From contig DASTDZ010000127.1 of NCBI GenBank assembly GCA_035710105.1, positions 1 through 53,806 of the forward strand: a stretch of 53,806 bases of DNA. The letters are read 5' to 3'. This DNA comes from Sphingomicrobium sp. (lineage in GTDB: Bacteria > Pseudomonadota > Alphaproteobacteria > Sphingomonadales > Sphingomonadaceae). Position numbers and translations under genes: made by a program. Under the pieces are notes generated by a model, which was given only the letters and a program-made list of their open reading frames with translations, had not been told where the DNA came from and ran no database searches. Below are positions 19,719 through 32,235 of this stretch, in pieces (within the stretch, counting starts at the first letter, position 1; each line of letters starts with the position of its first letter).

Positions 19719-21242
19719 ATGCGCGCATCCGCACGTCCCGCCGCCGCCGTGATCCTGACCACCCGGCGGCTCAAGCTCGAGACCCAGCAGGAGCCGATCG
19801 TGCTCATGCATTTCGACTGCCCGATTGCGCGGTCCGAAGGGTTCCTGGCGAGGGCGCAGGTGGAGCTTCACGCTGGCGGCAAGACCGCGCTTGCCACGCT
19901 CTACCAGGTCAGCGACACGATTATCGGCGTGCACGAAGTCGGACTGTCGGAGGCAGTCTGGAGGCGGCTAGGAGTCGAAGACGGCACCCCGCTCACCGTT
20001 CGCCACCCGCAGCCACTGCAATCGATGAGCGACGTCCGGTCGAAAGTCTATGGCCACAGGCTCGGACCGGGCGCGCTGCGATCCATCATCCAGGACATCG
20101 TGGCCGAGCGATATTCGGACGTGCAGCTCGCAGCCTTCGTCACTGCCTTTTCCAGCCAGGCGGCCGATGTCGACGAAATGGTCGCCCTGACGCGCGCGAT
20201 GGTCGACGTCGGCGAGCGGCTGAGCTGGCCGGGCGAGCTGATCATCGACAAGCATTGCGTGGGAGGTCTTCCCGCCAACCGTACCACGCCGCTGGTCGTC
20301 GCCATCGCCGCAAGCGCCGGCCTGACCATCCCCAAGACGTCCTCGCGCGCCATCACCTCGCCGGCAGGTACTGCGGATGCCATGGAAACCATGGCTCCGG
20401 TCGACCTCGATACGGCGGCGATGCGGCGCGTCGTCGAGCGCGAGGGAGGCTGCATCGTCTGGGGCGGAAGCGTCCGTCTCAGCCCCGCGGACGACATTTT
20501 GATCCGGGTCGAAAAGGCGCTCGATATCGACAATGCGTCGCAACTGGTCGCCTCCGTGCTGTCGAAGAAGATTGCGGCAGGATCGACCCATGTCGTCATC
20601 GACATTCCCGTCGGCCCGACCGCCAAGGTGCGCAGTGACTTCGAGGCCGAGCTGCTGGCGACCCATGTCGAGCAGGTCGGCGCCCAGCTTGGGCTGCACG
20701 TCAGGCCGATCCGGACGGACGGCCGTCAGCCGGTTGGCCGCGGTATTGGTCCGGCGCTCGAAGCGAGGGACGTGCTTGCGGTGCTTCGCGGGGACGCCGA
20801 CGCCCCGGCCGACCTTCGCGACCGCGCGATTCTCCTGGGCGGAGCGCTTCTCGAACTGGGCGGGATGGCCAAGCCTGGAACGGGGTCCGAACTGGCCGGG
20901 TCGATCATCGCGGACGGGCGCGCGCTCAAGAAGTTCGAGGCCATCTGCGAGGCCCAGGGCGGGATCCGGCAGCCGCCGGTCGCCAAACTCAATGATGTCG
21001 TGACCGCGACCATGACTGGCCGGGTGTCCGCCATCAACAACCGGCTGGTTGCCAAGATCGCCAAGCTCGCGGGGGCGCCCGCGGCCAAGGCTGCAGGTGT
21101 CGAAATGCATGCCAAGCTTGGCGACCGGGTCGCCGACGGTCAGCCGCTGATCACCGTCCACGCGCAGTCGCCGGGCGAAATGGAATATGCGCTCGCCTTT
21201 GCCCGTGCGAACACTGACGCGATTGAGATCGACGAGTCTTGA
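19719..21242 (+). CDS. Thymidine/AMP phosphorylase family protein (archaeal AMP-phosphorylase-like)
   Basis: Extra N-terminal domain (RSEGF), DKHCVGGLPANRTT, PKTSSRAITSPAGTAD, SVLSKKIAAG, QPVGRGIGPALEA. Confidence 0.92.
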   Translation: MRASARPAAAVILTTRRLKLETQQEPIVLMHFDCPIARSEGFLARAQVELHAGGKTALATLYQVSDTIIGVHEVGLSEAVWRRLGVEDGTPLTVRHPQPLQSMSDVRSKVYGHRLGPGALRSIIQDIVAERYSDVQLAAFVTAFSSQAADVDEMVALTRAMVDVGERLSWPGELIIDKHCVGGLPANRTTPLVVAIAASAGLTIPKTSSRAITSPAGTADAMETMAPVDLDTAAMRRVVEREGGCIVWGGSVRLSPADDILIRVEKALDIDNASQLVASVLSKKIAAGSTHVVIDIPVGPTAKVRSDFEAELLATHVEQVGAQLGLHVRPIRTDGRQPVGRGIGPALEARDVLAVLRGDADAPADLRDRAILLGGALLELGGMAKPGTGSELAGSIIADGRALKKFEAICEAQGGIRQPPVAKLNDVVTATMTGRVSAINNRLVAKIAKLAGAPAAKAAGVEMHAKLGDRVADGQPLITVHAQSPGEMEYALAFARANTDAIEIDES

Positions 21243-22147
21243 GCGCCCTGCTGCTCGAGCTAAGCGCTGCGGCGGGTCTTGCGGACTCGCTTTGCCGCGA
21301 GCTCGGTTGCGAGCGCGGTGAGCTCGAGCGCCGGCAATTCCCCGACGGTGAATCCTATGTCCGGATCGGGTCCGCCGTCGAACGCAGGGACGTGATCCTT
21401 CTCTGTTCGCTCGACGATCCCGACGCGAAGGTCCTGCCGCTGCTGTTCGTGGCCGAGGCGGCGCGCGCGCAAGGGGCGCGTTCGGTCGGGCTGGTGGCGC
21501 CCTACCTTGCTTACATGCGGCAGGACAAGGCGTTCCGGTCGGGCGAAGCCGTCACTTCCAGAATCTTCGCCTCTATCATCTCCGACCTCCTCGACTGGTT
21601 GGTGACGATCGATGCGCACCTCCACCGTCACCGGGATCTCGGCGGGATCTATTCGGTGCCGGTCGTCAACGCGAGTGCCGTCGAGACGATCGGATGCTGG
21701 GTCCGAAGCGAGGTCGAACAGCCGCTCATCATCGGCCCGGACGAAGAGAGCAGGCAATGGGTCGAGAGGATCGCAAAGGTCGCTGGGGCCAGGCTCGCGG
21801 TGCTGAGCAAGAGCCGCAGCGGAGATTTCTCGGTTGCAGTCGACGATGCCGGCCTTGCCGGGCTGGGAAGCGGGACCGCCGTCATTGTCGACGACATTGC
21901 TTCCAGCGCCTCGACCCTTATCGAGACCGTCAACCTGCTCGAACGCCACGGCTACACTTCACCCGTCTGCGTGGTCGTTCATCCGATCTTCGCGGGCGAT
22001 TCCTACGATCGCCTCGTCGAAGCCGGCGCGGGGCAAATCGTAAGCACGAACACGATCGCGCACCACAGCAACGCGATCGACATCTCGGGTCCGCTCGCCG
22101 AAGCGGTTGCGAAATGCGTGGAGACGACGCCCCGGCCGCGCCGTTGA
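21239..22147 (+). CDS. prs: Ribose-phosphate diphosphokinase (archaeal/class III-like)
   Basis: FPDGESYVR, PYLAYMRQDKAF..GE, IGPDEES.QW, IVDDIASSASTL; TTG start overlaps upstream stop. Confidence 0.88.
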   Translation: MSALLLELSAAAGLADSLCRELGCERGELERRQFPDGESYVRIGSAVERRDVILLCSLDDPDAKVLPLLFVAEAARAQGARSVGLVAPYLAYMRQDKAFRSGEAVTSRIFASIISDLLDWLVTIDAHLHRHRDLGGIYSVPVVNASAVETIGCWVRSEVEQPLIIGPDEESRQWVERIAKVAGARLAVLSKSRSGDFSVAVDDAGLAGLGSGTAVIVDDIASSASTLIETVNLLERHGYTSPVCVVVHPIFAGDSYDRLVEAGAGQIVSTNTIAHHSNAIDISGPLAEAVAKCVETTPRPRR

Positions 22148-22158
22148 TCAGCCGTGGC

Positions 22159-23226
22159 TCAATTGCCGCCGCCCATCATCCCCGCCATGCCGAGCATCAG
22201 CGACGCCGTCGTCTTGTAGCGCGCGCGCACGGTCCAGGTCGGCGCCTTGGGCTTGTCGGAGAAGAAGGCCTCGGGGCCGTAGCCGATCATCATCACCATT
22301 CCGGCGGGCGAGGCGCGGATGACTTCGGCGGGAACCGTGCATTCGCTCGCGCTCGGCGGAAGCGCGCCGCCAGCTGCGACCAGCTTTTTGACCTGGGCGG
22401 GCGAAAGATAGTCTAGCATCGGGAAGGCCGCGGCTTTGCTCGACGAGGTCCACACCAGCACCTCGCCGCCCGGGCTCGCGCCGAACATCGACAGCGCATA
22501 GCCGGTCGCCTGCGCGGCGGGGGTCCACATCAGCCGGATTGCTCCGGACGGAAGCGCGCCAGCTTCGCGAAGCCCGAGCCCAGGCATGAAGTCCTGGCCC
22601 GCGGCGAGCGAAAAGGCGATCGGCGGCGAATAATTACCCTCGACCCGGTGCGCGCCGAGCAGCGATCCCGCCGGAGGGACGGGCCGCGAATCCCTTTCGT
22701 TCGGCCATTCGCCATAGCCGGGCGACTGGCCGGGACGCGGCGGCTGCGCGGCCTGCACCATCGCAGCGAAACCCGGCGGCATCTGCCCCGCCGCCATCTT
22801 CGAGAAATCGACGGTCACCGGCTGGCCGGGGCCGGCATGCTCGCCGCAACCCCAGTAGATCAGCATCTTTCCCTGCGGCCGCTGGAAATTCTGCGGCATG
22901 GCCGGCGCCGGCGCCGGCTTCGCCGCGGCTGGCGCGACCAGCGGCAGGCTTGGCCCCATCTGCAGGCCGGGAGGGATCAAATGCTGCGCTTGCGGCGCCG
23001 CCGCCTTCTCGCGCGAGGCGAGGTAGAGATTGAGCGTGTGCGAGACTCCCGAGCCGCCCTGCATCATCTGCATGATCTGCTCGGGGCTCATTCCCGGGGT
23101 CATTCCCGCCCCCATCCCGCTCGCGGTCGAGACGTCCATCCAGTAATTGGCAATCGGCGGCGGCTCCTTGGCCGGCGCCGCGCCGATCAGCGCCGCCGCG
23201 CCCGCCGCAAGAATGATCCGCTTCAT
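22159..23226 (-). CDS. Conserved-looking secreted hypothetical protein (Met/Gly/Pro-rich)
   Basis: Signal peptide [19 protein letters not shown]; GGGGGA RBS; host-like codon use. Confidence 0.75.
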   Translation of the reverse strand: MKRIILAAGAAALIGAAPAKEPPPIANYWMDVSTASGMGAGMTPGMSPEQIMQMMQGGSGVSHTLNLYLASREKAAAPQAQHLIPPGLQMGPSLPLVAPAAAKPAPAPAMPQNFQRPQGKMLIYWGCGEHAGPGQPVTVDFSKMAAGQMPPGFAAMVQAAQPPRPGQSPGYGEWPNERDSRPVPPAGSLLGAHRVEGNYSPPIAFSLAAGQDFMPGLGLREAGALPSGAIRLMWTPAAQATGYALSMFGASPGGEVLVWTSSSKAAAFPMLDYLSPAQVKKLVAAGGALPPSASECTVPAEVIRASPAGMVMMIGYGPEAFFSDKPKAPTWTVRARYKTTASLMLGMAGMMGGGN

Positions 23227-23299
23227 GACCGCTTCCCCCTTCGCGTTCAACTATGCGCCATCTCGCGCTTGCTTCAATCCCCTGCTAGCGCCCGCCGCA

Positions 23300-25102
23300 A
23301 TGACCGAAATCAGTCGAATCCGCAATTTCTCCATCATCGCCCACATCGACCACGGCAAGTCGACTCTCGCCGACCGGCTGATCCAGACGTGCGGCGGTCT
23401 GACCGAGCGCGAAATGACCGCCCAGGTGCTCGACAATATGGACATCGAGCGCGAGCGCGGGATCACCATCAAGGCACAGACGGTGCGGCTCAACTGGAAG
23501 GGCTACGAGCTCAACCTGATGGACACGCCCGGCCATGTCGACTTCGCCTATGAGGTGAGCCGTAGCCTATCGGCCTGCGAAGGCGCGCTGCTGGTCGTTG
23601 ACGCCGCGCAGGGCGTCGAAGCCCAGACGCTGGCCAATGTCTACGCGTCGATCGAACATGACCACGAAATTGTTCCTGTTATCAACAAGATAGATCTGCC
23701 GGCGGCGGACCCCGAGGGAGTGCGGCAGGAAATCGAGGAGATCATCGGGCTGGATGCGAGCGGCGCGGTGCTGGCGAGCGCCAAGACCGGCCAGGGCATA
23801 GAGGAGGTGCTCGACGCGATCGTCGCGCGGATCCCGCCCCCCACGGGCGACGCAAACGCGCCATTGAAGGCGATGCTCGTCGACAGCTGGTACGACCCCT
23901 ATCTCGGAGTCGTCATCCTCGTCCGGGTGATGGACGGGGTCCTCAAGAAAGGGCAGCAGATCAAGTTCATGGCCGCCGGCACGACGCACCTCGTCGACCG
24001 CGTCGGCTGCTTCACGCCAAAGCGCACCGACCTGCCCGAATTGGGCGCCGGCGAGATCGGCTTCATCACCGCCCAGATCAAGGAGGTCGCGGAGACCCGC
24101 GTCGGCGACACCATCACCGACGCCAGGCGGCCGACCGCGGCCGCGCTCCCGGGCTTCAAGCTCGTCCAGCCCGTCGTCTTCTGCGGCCTTTTCCCGACCG
24201 ACGCCGCGGACTTCGAGAAGCTCCGCGATTCGCTCTACAAGCTCCGCCTCAACGACGCGTCGTTCAGCTTCGAGATGGAGACCAGCGCGGCCCTGGGCTT
24301 CGGCTTCCGCTGCGGCTTTTTGGGCTTGCTGCACCTCGAGATCATCCAGGAGCGCCTGACCCGCGAATATGATCTCGACCTCATCACCACGGCGCCCTCG
24401 GTGGTCTATCGCGTGCACCTCCGCGGCCAATCAGAGCCGAAGGAAATCCACAACCCGGCCGACTGGCCCGACGCCAACGCGATCGAAACGGTCGAGGAGC
24501 CGTGGATCGAGGCGACCATCTACGTGCCCGACGAATATCTCGGCTCGGTCCTCAAGCTGTGCCAGGACCGCCGCGGCGTGCAGAAGGACCTGACCTACGT
24601 GGGCACCGGCAGCCACGCGCGCGCGCAGATCAAGTACGAGCTGCCCTTGAACGAAGTGGTGTTCGATTTCTACGACCGCTTGAAGTCGATCAGCCGCGGC
24701 TACGCGAGCTTCGATTACCACCAGGTCGGCCACCGCGAGGGCGACCTCGTCAAGATGAGCATCCTGGTCAACGGCGAGCCGGTCGATGCCCTGAGCATGA
24801 TCGTCCACCGCGCCAATGCCGAGGCGCGCGGCCGCGGCATGTGCGAACGGTTGAAGGAGCTGATCCCGCGGCACCTGTTCAAAATTCCGATCCAGGCGGC
24901 GATCGGGGGCAAGATCGTCGCCCGCGAGACGATCGGCGCGCTCAGGAAGGACGTGACGGCCAAATGCTATGGCGGCGACGCGACGCGCAAACGCAAGCTG
25001 CTCGAGAAGCAGAAGGAAGGCAAAAAACGCATGCGGGAATACGGCTCGGTCTCGATTCCGCAGGAGGCGTTTATCGCGGCTCTGAGGATGGGGGAGGAAT
25101 GA
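23300..25102 (+). CDS. lepA: Elongation factor 4
   Basis: [42 protein letters not shown]. Confidence 0.98.
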   Translation: MTEISRIRNFSIIAHIDHGKSTLADRLIQTCGGLTEREMTAQVLDNMDIERERGITIKAQTVRLNWKGYELNLMDTPGHVDFAYEVSRSLSACEGALLVVDAAQGVEAQTLANVYASIEHDHEIVPVINKIDLPAADPEGVRQEIEEIIGLDASGAVLASAKTGQGIEEVLDAIVARIPPPTGDANAPLKAMLVDSWYDPYLGVVILVRVMDGVLKKGQQIKFMAAGTTHLVDRVGCFTPKRTDLPELGAGEIGFITAQIKEVAETRVGDTITDARRPTAAALPGFKLVQPVVFCGLFPTDAADFEKLRDSLYKLRLNDASFSFEMETSAALGFGFRCGFLGLLHLEIIQERLTREYDLDLITTAPSVVYRVHLRGQSEPKEIHNPADWPDANAIETVEEPWIEATIYVPDEYLGSVLKLCQDRRGVQKDLTYVGTGSHARAQIKYELPLNEVVFDFYDRLKSISRGYASFDYHQVGHREGDLVKMSILVNGEPVDALSMIVHRANAEARGRGMCERLKELIPRHLFKIPIQAAIGGKIVARETIGALRKDVTAKCYGGDATRKRKLLEKQKEGKKRMREYGSVSIPQEAFIAALRMGEE

Positions 25103-25731
25103 GCGTGTTGAAGGCGGCGCCATTCGCCCTCGCTTTCCTCGCGGCCGCGTGCTCGGAGCCGCCCGCCGATCAGCCTGTCGCCAATGACGCCGCCGAGACC
25201 GTGCCGCCGGCGACGGCGCCTGCCGCCCCGGCCTTCGAATCCAAAAACGAGCAGCTGCTCACGGCCGAAGGCTGGGGGCCGCTGCGAATCGGCATGACAG
25301 TTGCCCAAGTCATTGCCGCGCTTGGTCCCGATTCGGACCCCGAGGCCGTCGGCGGCCCTGATCCCGAATATTGCGATCAGTTCCGCCCTGAGCGGGCGCC
25401 GGACGGCATGCTGGTGATGATCGAGGAGGGAATCTTGAGCCGCATAAGCTTGCTCGACGACAGCAAGGTGAAGACCGACCGCGGGCTCGGAATCGGGATC
25501 CCCGCCGCCGCAGTGCGCGCCGCTTACGGGACAGAGCTCCAGGAAACGCCACACAAGTACGAAGGGCCGCCGGCTGCATATCTCACGGTCTGGACAAAGG
25601 GTGGCGGACCCGCCGACCGCGCGGTTCCACCACATTCGCGGGGCATCCAATATGTCGTAGATTCGTCCGGCAGAGTAGGTTCGATCCACGCCGGTGGGCC
25701 GAGCATTCTTTACGTGGAGGGGTGCGCCTAG
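25099..25731 (+). CDS. Hypothetical lipoprotein
   Basis: [18 protein letters not shown] lipobox; ATGA overlap with lepA stop; [11 protein letters not shown] and terminal EGC. Confidence 0.75.
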   Translation: MSVLKAAPFALAFLAAACSEPPADQPVANDAAETVPPATAPAAPAFESKNEQLLTAEGWGPLRIGMTVAQVIAALGPDSDPEAVGGPDPEYCDQFRPERAPDGMLVMIEEGILSRISLLDDSKVKTDRGLGIGIPAAAVRAAYGTELQETPHKYEGPPAAYLTVWTKGGGPADRAVPPHSRGIQYVVDSSGRVGSIHAGGPSILYVEGCA

Positions 25732-27848
<2,117 letters not shown>

Positions 27849-27917
27849 TACCTACCTCGCCGCATTCGCGCCCAATTGCATTGCGATAGCGGGCGGCGCC
27901 GAATAGGGCCGTTTGAC

Positions 27918-28166
27918 ATGACCGACCGCGACGAGACCTACGACAAGATCCGCGACCTGATCGACCCGTTCAACAAGAAGGGCGTCGCGATCGGCGAGGA
28001 CACGCGCTTCCAGCAGGATCTCGAATGGGACAGCCTGACGGCGATGGACTTCGTCGCCTCGGTCGAGGACGAGTTCGACATCCTGATCAGCATGAACCGG
28101 GCCGCCGAGATCGAGACCGTCGGCCAGATGGTCGACGCGGTGGGGCAGCTGCAGAGCGAGCGGTGA
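27918..28166 (+). CDS. Acyl carrier protein (sphingolipid-dedicated)
   Basis: DLEWDSLTAMDFV phosphopantetheine Ser motif; GTGA overlap with spt. Confidence 0.9.
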   Translation: MTDRDETYDKIRDLIDPFNKKGVAIGEDTRFQQDLEWDSLTAMDFVASVEDEFDILISMNRAAEIETVGQMVDAVGQLQSER

Positions 28167-29362
28167 CCGACCTCTTTTCCAAGTTCGACGCGCTGATCGA
28201 GCAGCGCGAGACCCTGCTCGCGACGGGCCTCACTGACCCATTCAACCTGGTCATGGAGAAGGTCGAAAGCCCGACGGTCGCCATCTGCAACGGCAAGCGG
28301 ACGATCCTTCTGGGCACGTACAATTACATGGGGATGACCTTCGACCCGGACGTCGTCGCCGCGGGCAAGAAGGCGCTCGACGAATTCGGCTCCGGGACCA
28401 CCGGCAGCCGGGTCCTCAACGGCACCTATGTCGGCCACCGCGAGGTCGAGGCGGCGCTTCGCGAATTCTACGCGATGGACCATGCGATGGTCTTCTCGAC
28501 CGGCTACCAGGCCAACCTCGGGATCATCTCCACCATCGCCGGCAAGGACGATTACATCGTCCTCGATATCGACAGCCACGCGTCGATCTACGACGGCTGC
28601 GCGCTCGGCAATGCTCAGGTCGTGCCGTTCCGCCACAATGACACGCAAGCGCTCGAGAAACGGCTGAAGCGAATCCCGGAAGGGGCGGGCAAGCTGGTCA
28701 TCCTCGAGGGCGTCTATTCGATGCTCGGTGACGTCGCCCCCCTCAAGGAGATGGTCGCGGTCTCCAAGGCGAACGGCGCGATGGTGCTGGTCGACGAAGC
28801 CCATTCGATGGGCTTCATCGGTCCCCACGGCCGCGGCGTCGCCGAGGACCAGGGCGTGATCGATGACGTCGATTTCATCATCGGCACCTTTTCCAAGTCG
28901 GTCGGCACGGTCGGCGGCTTTTGCGTGTCGAACCACCCGAAGTTCGAAATCCTTCGGCTGGTGACGAGGCCCTACGTGTTCACAGCCTCGCTCCCGCCTT
29001 CGGTCGTGGCGACCGCGGCGACTTCGATCCGCAAGCTGATGCATGCCGGAGACAAGCGCGCGCACCTTTGGGAAAACAGCAAGCGGCTGCACGCGGGTCT
29101 CAAGGGGCTCGGCTTCACGCTCGGCACCAAGGAGCCGCAATCGGCGATCATTGCGGTGATCATGCCGGACCTGGAGACCGGCGCGGCGATGTGGGAGGCG
29201 CTGTTGAAGGAAGGGCTCTACGTCAATCTTGCCCGGCCGCCGGCGACCCCGGCCGGGATGACCCTGCTGCGCTGCTCGCTGTGCGCCGAGCATTCAGCAA
29301 GCCAAGTCGAGGAAATCCTTGCGATGTTCGGTGCCGCCGGACGGGCGACCGGGTGCATTTGA
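28163..29362 (+). CDS. spt: Serine palmitoyltransferase
   Basis: DLFSKF N-terminus, LLGTYNYMGMT, GSRVLNGT, DEAHSMG, GTFSKS PLP lysine, RPPATP. Confidence 0.95.
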   Translation: MTDLFSKFDALIEQRETLLATGLTDPFNLVMEKVESPTVAICNGKRTILLGTYNYMGMTFDPDVVAAGKKALDEFGSGTTGSRVLNGTYVGHREVEAALREFYAMDHAMVFSTGYQANLGIISTIAGKDDYIVLDIDSHASIYDGCALGNAQVVPFRHNDTQALEKRLKRIPEGAGKLVILEGVYSMLGDVAPLKEMVAVSKANGAMVLVDEAHSMGFIGPHGRGVAEDQGVIDDVDFIIGTFSKSVGTVGGFCVSNHPKFEILRLVTRPYVFTASLPPSVVATAATSIRKLMHAGDKRAHLWENSKRLHAGLKGLGFTLGTKEPQSAIIAVIMPDLETGAAMWEALLKEGLYVNLARPPATPAGMTLLRCSLCAEHSASQVEEILAMFGAAGRATGCI

Positions 29363-29411
29363 GGGAACCGACTGCCTTTCGTCGGGGGCAAGACATGTCT
29401 AGACTGGGGCC

Positions 29412-31391
29412 ATGACGCCGGGCGGGGACGAAATTCGGTTCGACTGGAGGCGCGGCGGCGCGGCCGCCGGGGCGCTGGTCGCGGTCTTGGTGCTGCTCGG
29501 CCTCGTTTATCTGGTCGCGAGCTCCAACCAGGAGCGCGACCGCGCGCTGGAGATGGAGCGGCGCGCCTATGAGGTCACGCTTCTCACCCGCTCGGTCGAT
29601 GCCAGCATCGCCCGATCGGAGGCCGCGCTCGGCCGTTTCGTGCTCGACGAGAACGTCAAAGGGAGCGGTTACGCCTATTCGAGCAACTGGCAGCGCGCGA
29701 GCCGCCAGATCGACCAGCTCGACAGGCTGCTGAGGGCCGACCGCGCGCAGCGACAGCGAATCGAGGAACTTCGGCGGCTTTACGAACAGCGCGGCCAACA
29801 GTTCGCCCAAGCCGCCAGGGCGACCGTGACAAGGCGCGGCGCGGGCGGCACCAGCTATTTCTACGCGGCGGCGATCTCCGACACCGGCAAGGAGCTGACC
29901 AGCAAGCTCAACGAAATCGCGGACGCCGAGCGCAAGGCGCTCCGCGAACGCATCGAGCGCACGCAGTTCTTCTCGGCCCGCGCCGACCGCCTGACCGATT
30001 ATCTGAGCTGGCTTGGAATCCTGGTCGGGGTGGGGGCGATCTTCCTCGGCCTGGTAGCCGTACAGGCCGTGCGCCAGTTCGCCTATGCGCGGCGGCTTGC
30101 GGAAAGCGAGACCGCGCGCGCCGAGGCGCTCGAGGAAGCGGTTCGCGAACGCACGCAGGAGCTGCTCGAGGCAAACCAGGCGCTGAAAGCCGAGGCCGCC
30201 GAGCGCGAGGCCGCCGAAGCCCAGCTGCGCCAGGTCCAGAAGATGGAGGCGGTCGGCCAGCTGACCGGCGGGATCGCGCACGACTTCAACAACATGCTGG
30301 CGGTCGTCGTCGGCGGGGTGGACCTTGCGCGACGGCGGCTGAATGGGCCGCGCCGCGAGGTCATGGCCCATCTCAACAACGCGATGGAGGGCGCGACCCG
30401 GGCCGCCGCGCTGACCCGCCGGCTGCTGTCGTTTGCGCGCTCCGAGCCGCTGCTTCCCGAGCGGGTCGAGCCCAGGGAGCTGGTCACGGGCATGTCGGAC
30501 CTGCTCGACCGCACGCTCGGCGAGCGGATCCAGGTCGACGTCGACCTCGATCCCGACACCTGGCCGGTCTACGTCGACCCGCACCAGCTCGAAAATGCGA
30601 TCGTCAACCTGGCGGTCAACGCCCGCGACGCGATGGACGGGGTCGGCCGGCTCAAGGTCAGCGCCACCAACGTTAAGGTTTCCGCAAACGAGGTGGGCGA
30701 CATTCGTCCCGGCGAATATGTCCGCATCTCGGTCAGCGACACCGGCTGCGGAATGACTCCGGAGGTGATGGAACGCGCCTTTGAACCCTTCTTCACGACC
30801 AAGCCCGTCGGCAAGGGCACGGGGCTGGGGCTCAGCCAAATTTTCGGCTTCGCGCACCAGTCGGGGGGCGAGGTCGGGATCGAGAGCGAACTCGGCAAGG
30901 GCACGACCGTCTCCATCTACTTGCCGCGAAGCGAGGCCGAGGCGCCGGTGCGGCTGCACCCGGCGGTGCAGCGCATGAGCGAGGACGAAAGGGTCCCCGG
31001 AGCGCGCATCCTGGTGGTCGAGGACGACCCCCGCGTGCGCACCTCGACGGTCGAGGCGCTCCAGGACCTCGACTATGAGCCGGTCGACTGCTCGAGCGGC
31101 GAGGAAGCGATCAAGCTGTTCGACAGCCAGACATTCGATCTCGTCATCAGCGACGTCATCATGCCGGAAATGACGGGCCCCGAACTGATCCGAACGCTCA
31201 AGTCCAAGCGCAAGGACTTCGCTGTGCTGTTCGTCACCGGCTATGTCGGCGAAGGCGAGGCCGAGGACCTCGTCGGCTACGAGCTGCTGCGCAAGCCGTT
31301 CACGGTCGGCGCGCTGGCCTCGGCGGTGGCGACCGCCTTGGCTCAGCCTAGCGAACCGCGCCGCTCTTCAGGAGCCGCGGCAGCAAGGTAA
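29412..31391 (+). CDS. Hybrid sensor histidine kinase (TM-periplasmic CHASE3-like-TM-HisKA-HATPase-REC)
   Basis: IAHDFNNML H-box, ENAIVNLAVNARDAM N-box, GKGTGLGL G-box, C-terminal receiver (VEDD, SDVIMP, KPF). Confidence 0.92.
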   Translation: MTPGGDEIRFDWRRGGAAAGALVAVLVLLGLVYLVASSNQERDRALEMERRAYEVTLLTRSVDASIARSEAALGRFVLDENVKGSGYAYSSNWQRASRQIDQLDRLLRADRAQRQRIEELRRLYEQRGQQFAQAARATVTRRGAGGTSYFYAAAISDTGKELTSKLNEIADAERKALRERIERTQFFSARADRLTDYLSWLGILVGVGAIFLGLVAVQAVRQFAYARRLAESETARAEALEEAVRERTQELLEANQALKAEAAEREAAEAQLRQVQKMEAVGQLTGGIAHDFNNMLAVVVGGVDLARRRLNGPRREVMAHLNNAMEGATRAAALTRRLLSFARSEPLLPERVEPRELVTGMSDLLDRTLGERIQVDVDLDPDTWPVYVDPHQLENAIVNLAVNARDAMDGVGRLKVSATNVKVSANEVGDIRPGEYVRISVSDTGCGMTPEVMERAFEPFFTTKPVGKGTGLGLSQIFGFAHQSGGEVGIESELGKGTTVSIYLPRSEAEAPVRLHPAVQRMSEDERVPGARILVVEDDPRVRTSTVEALQDLDYEPVDCSSGEEAIKLFDSQTFDLVISDVIMPEMTGPELIRTLKSKRKDFAVLFVTGYVGEGEAEDLVGYELLRKPFTVGALASAVATALAQPSEPRRSSGAAAAR

Positions 31392-32223
31392 GGCCGGCGA
31401 GCAGCGGCCACCGCCGCTGCCAGGGTTTGAGCGCGATCTTCGTGCCGGCGTGGCGGTTGATCTTCCAGGCGATGTAATCGGCGCCCCCGGCGAAAGTCGC
31501 GCTGGCCTTGGCGAGCCGAAGCACCGACAGCAGCTTGCCTTTGCCGCGCATGCGCTTCCACCAGCGGGCGCGCTGGCGCCGGTTGCCGATGGCCAGGCCC
31601 GCAAGCGCCGCGTCGCCGAAGGTCTGGTAGCGCTCCTCGTCGGCCTCGACGATTGCCGCCGACCGGTCGCTGCGCTCGGCGCGCAGTTCCGCGGCGAAGG
31701 TCAGGCTGAAGGCGTGCTTCCACAGGTCGAGGACAGGCGTGCCCTTGGGCAGCATCGGCAGGGTCCAGCCGAGCAGTGTCGGGGCGCAGCGGCTGACCGA
31801 GCCGATCGCCATGGCCGCGGCCGCCTTGCCCGAGCTCCAGACCAGCCGCGCGGGCTGGGCGAAGCGGGCGACGACCGACGTGCTTCGTGCCTCGGGCCCG
31901 CACTCCCGCGCGAAGTCCGCCTCGCTCAGCACCGCATATTTGGCCGCAAGCCCGTCCTTCTCGATATAGAAAACGTTGGGCGGAATGAGCCGGTTGGCCA
32001 GTGCCAGCCAGCGCTTCGCATAGGCGGCGCGATAATCGGAAACGATCAGGTAGAAATCGAGCATCAGCCCCTCGAGCTGGCGCTGCCTGAGGCACGAGCC
32101 GTAGAAGAGGATTGCGCGCGCGGCCCGCCCGTGGCGGTCGGCGATCGCTTGCGCCAGGTCCGCGACCCGCGGGTCGACCGGCTCGCCGAGCTCCTCGGCG
32201 ACGAGCTTCTTCAGTTCCGGCAT
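31348..32223 (-). CDS. Tam41/Mmp37-like nucleotidyltransferase (CpgC-like lipid cytidylyltransferase)
   Basis: LFYGS..., MLDFYLIV, PPNVFY, KYAVLS, ARFAQP parallel the Tam41 motifs; co-oriented with the lipid kinase. Confidence 0.7.
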   Translation of the reverse strand: MPELKKLVAEELGEPVDPRVADLAQAIADRHGRAARAILFYGSCLRQRQLEGLMLDFYLIVSDYRAAYAKRWLALANRLIPPNVFYIEKDGLAAKYAVLSEADFARECGPEARSTSVVARFAQPARLVWSSGKAAAAMAIGSVSRCAPTLLGWTLPMLPKGTPVLDLWKHAFSLTFAAELRAERSDRSAAIVEADEERYQTFGDAALAGLAIGNRRQRARWWKRMRGKGKLLSVLRLAKASATFAGGADYIAWKINRHAGTKIALKPWQRRWPLLAGLTLLPRLLKSGAVR

Positions 32224-32235
32224 TGTGCTTGTGGC

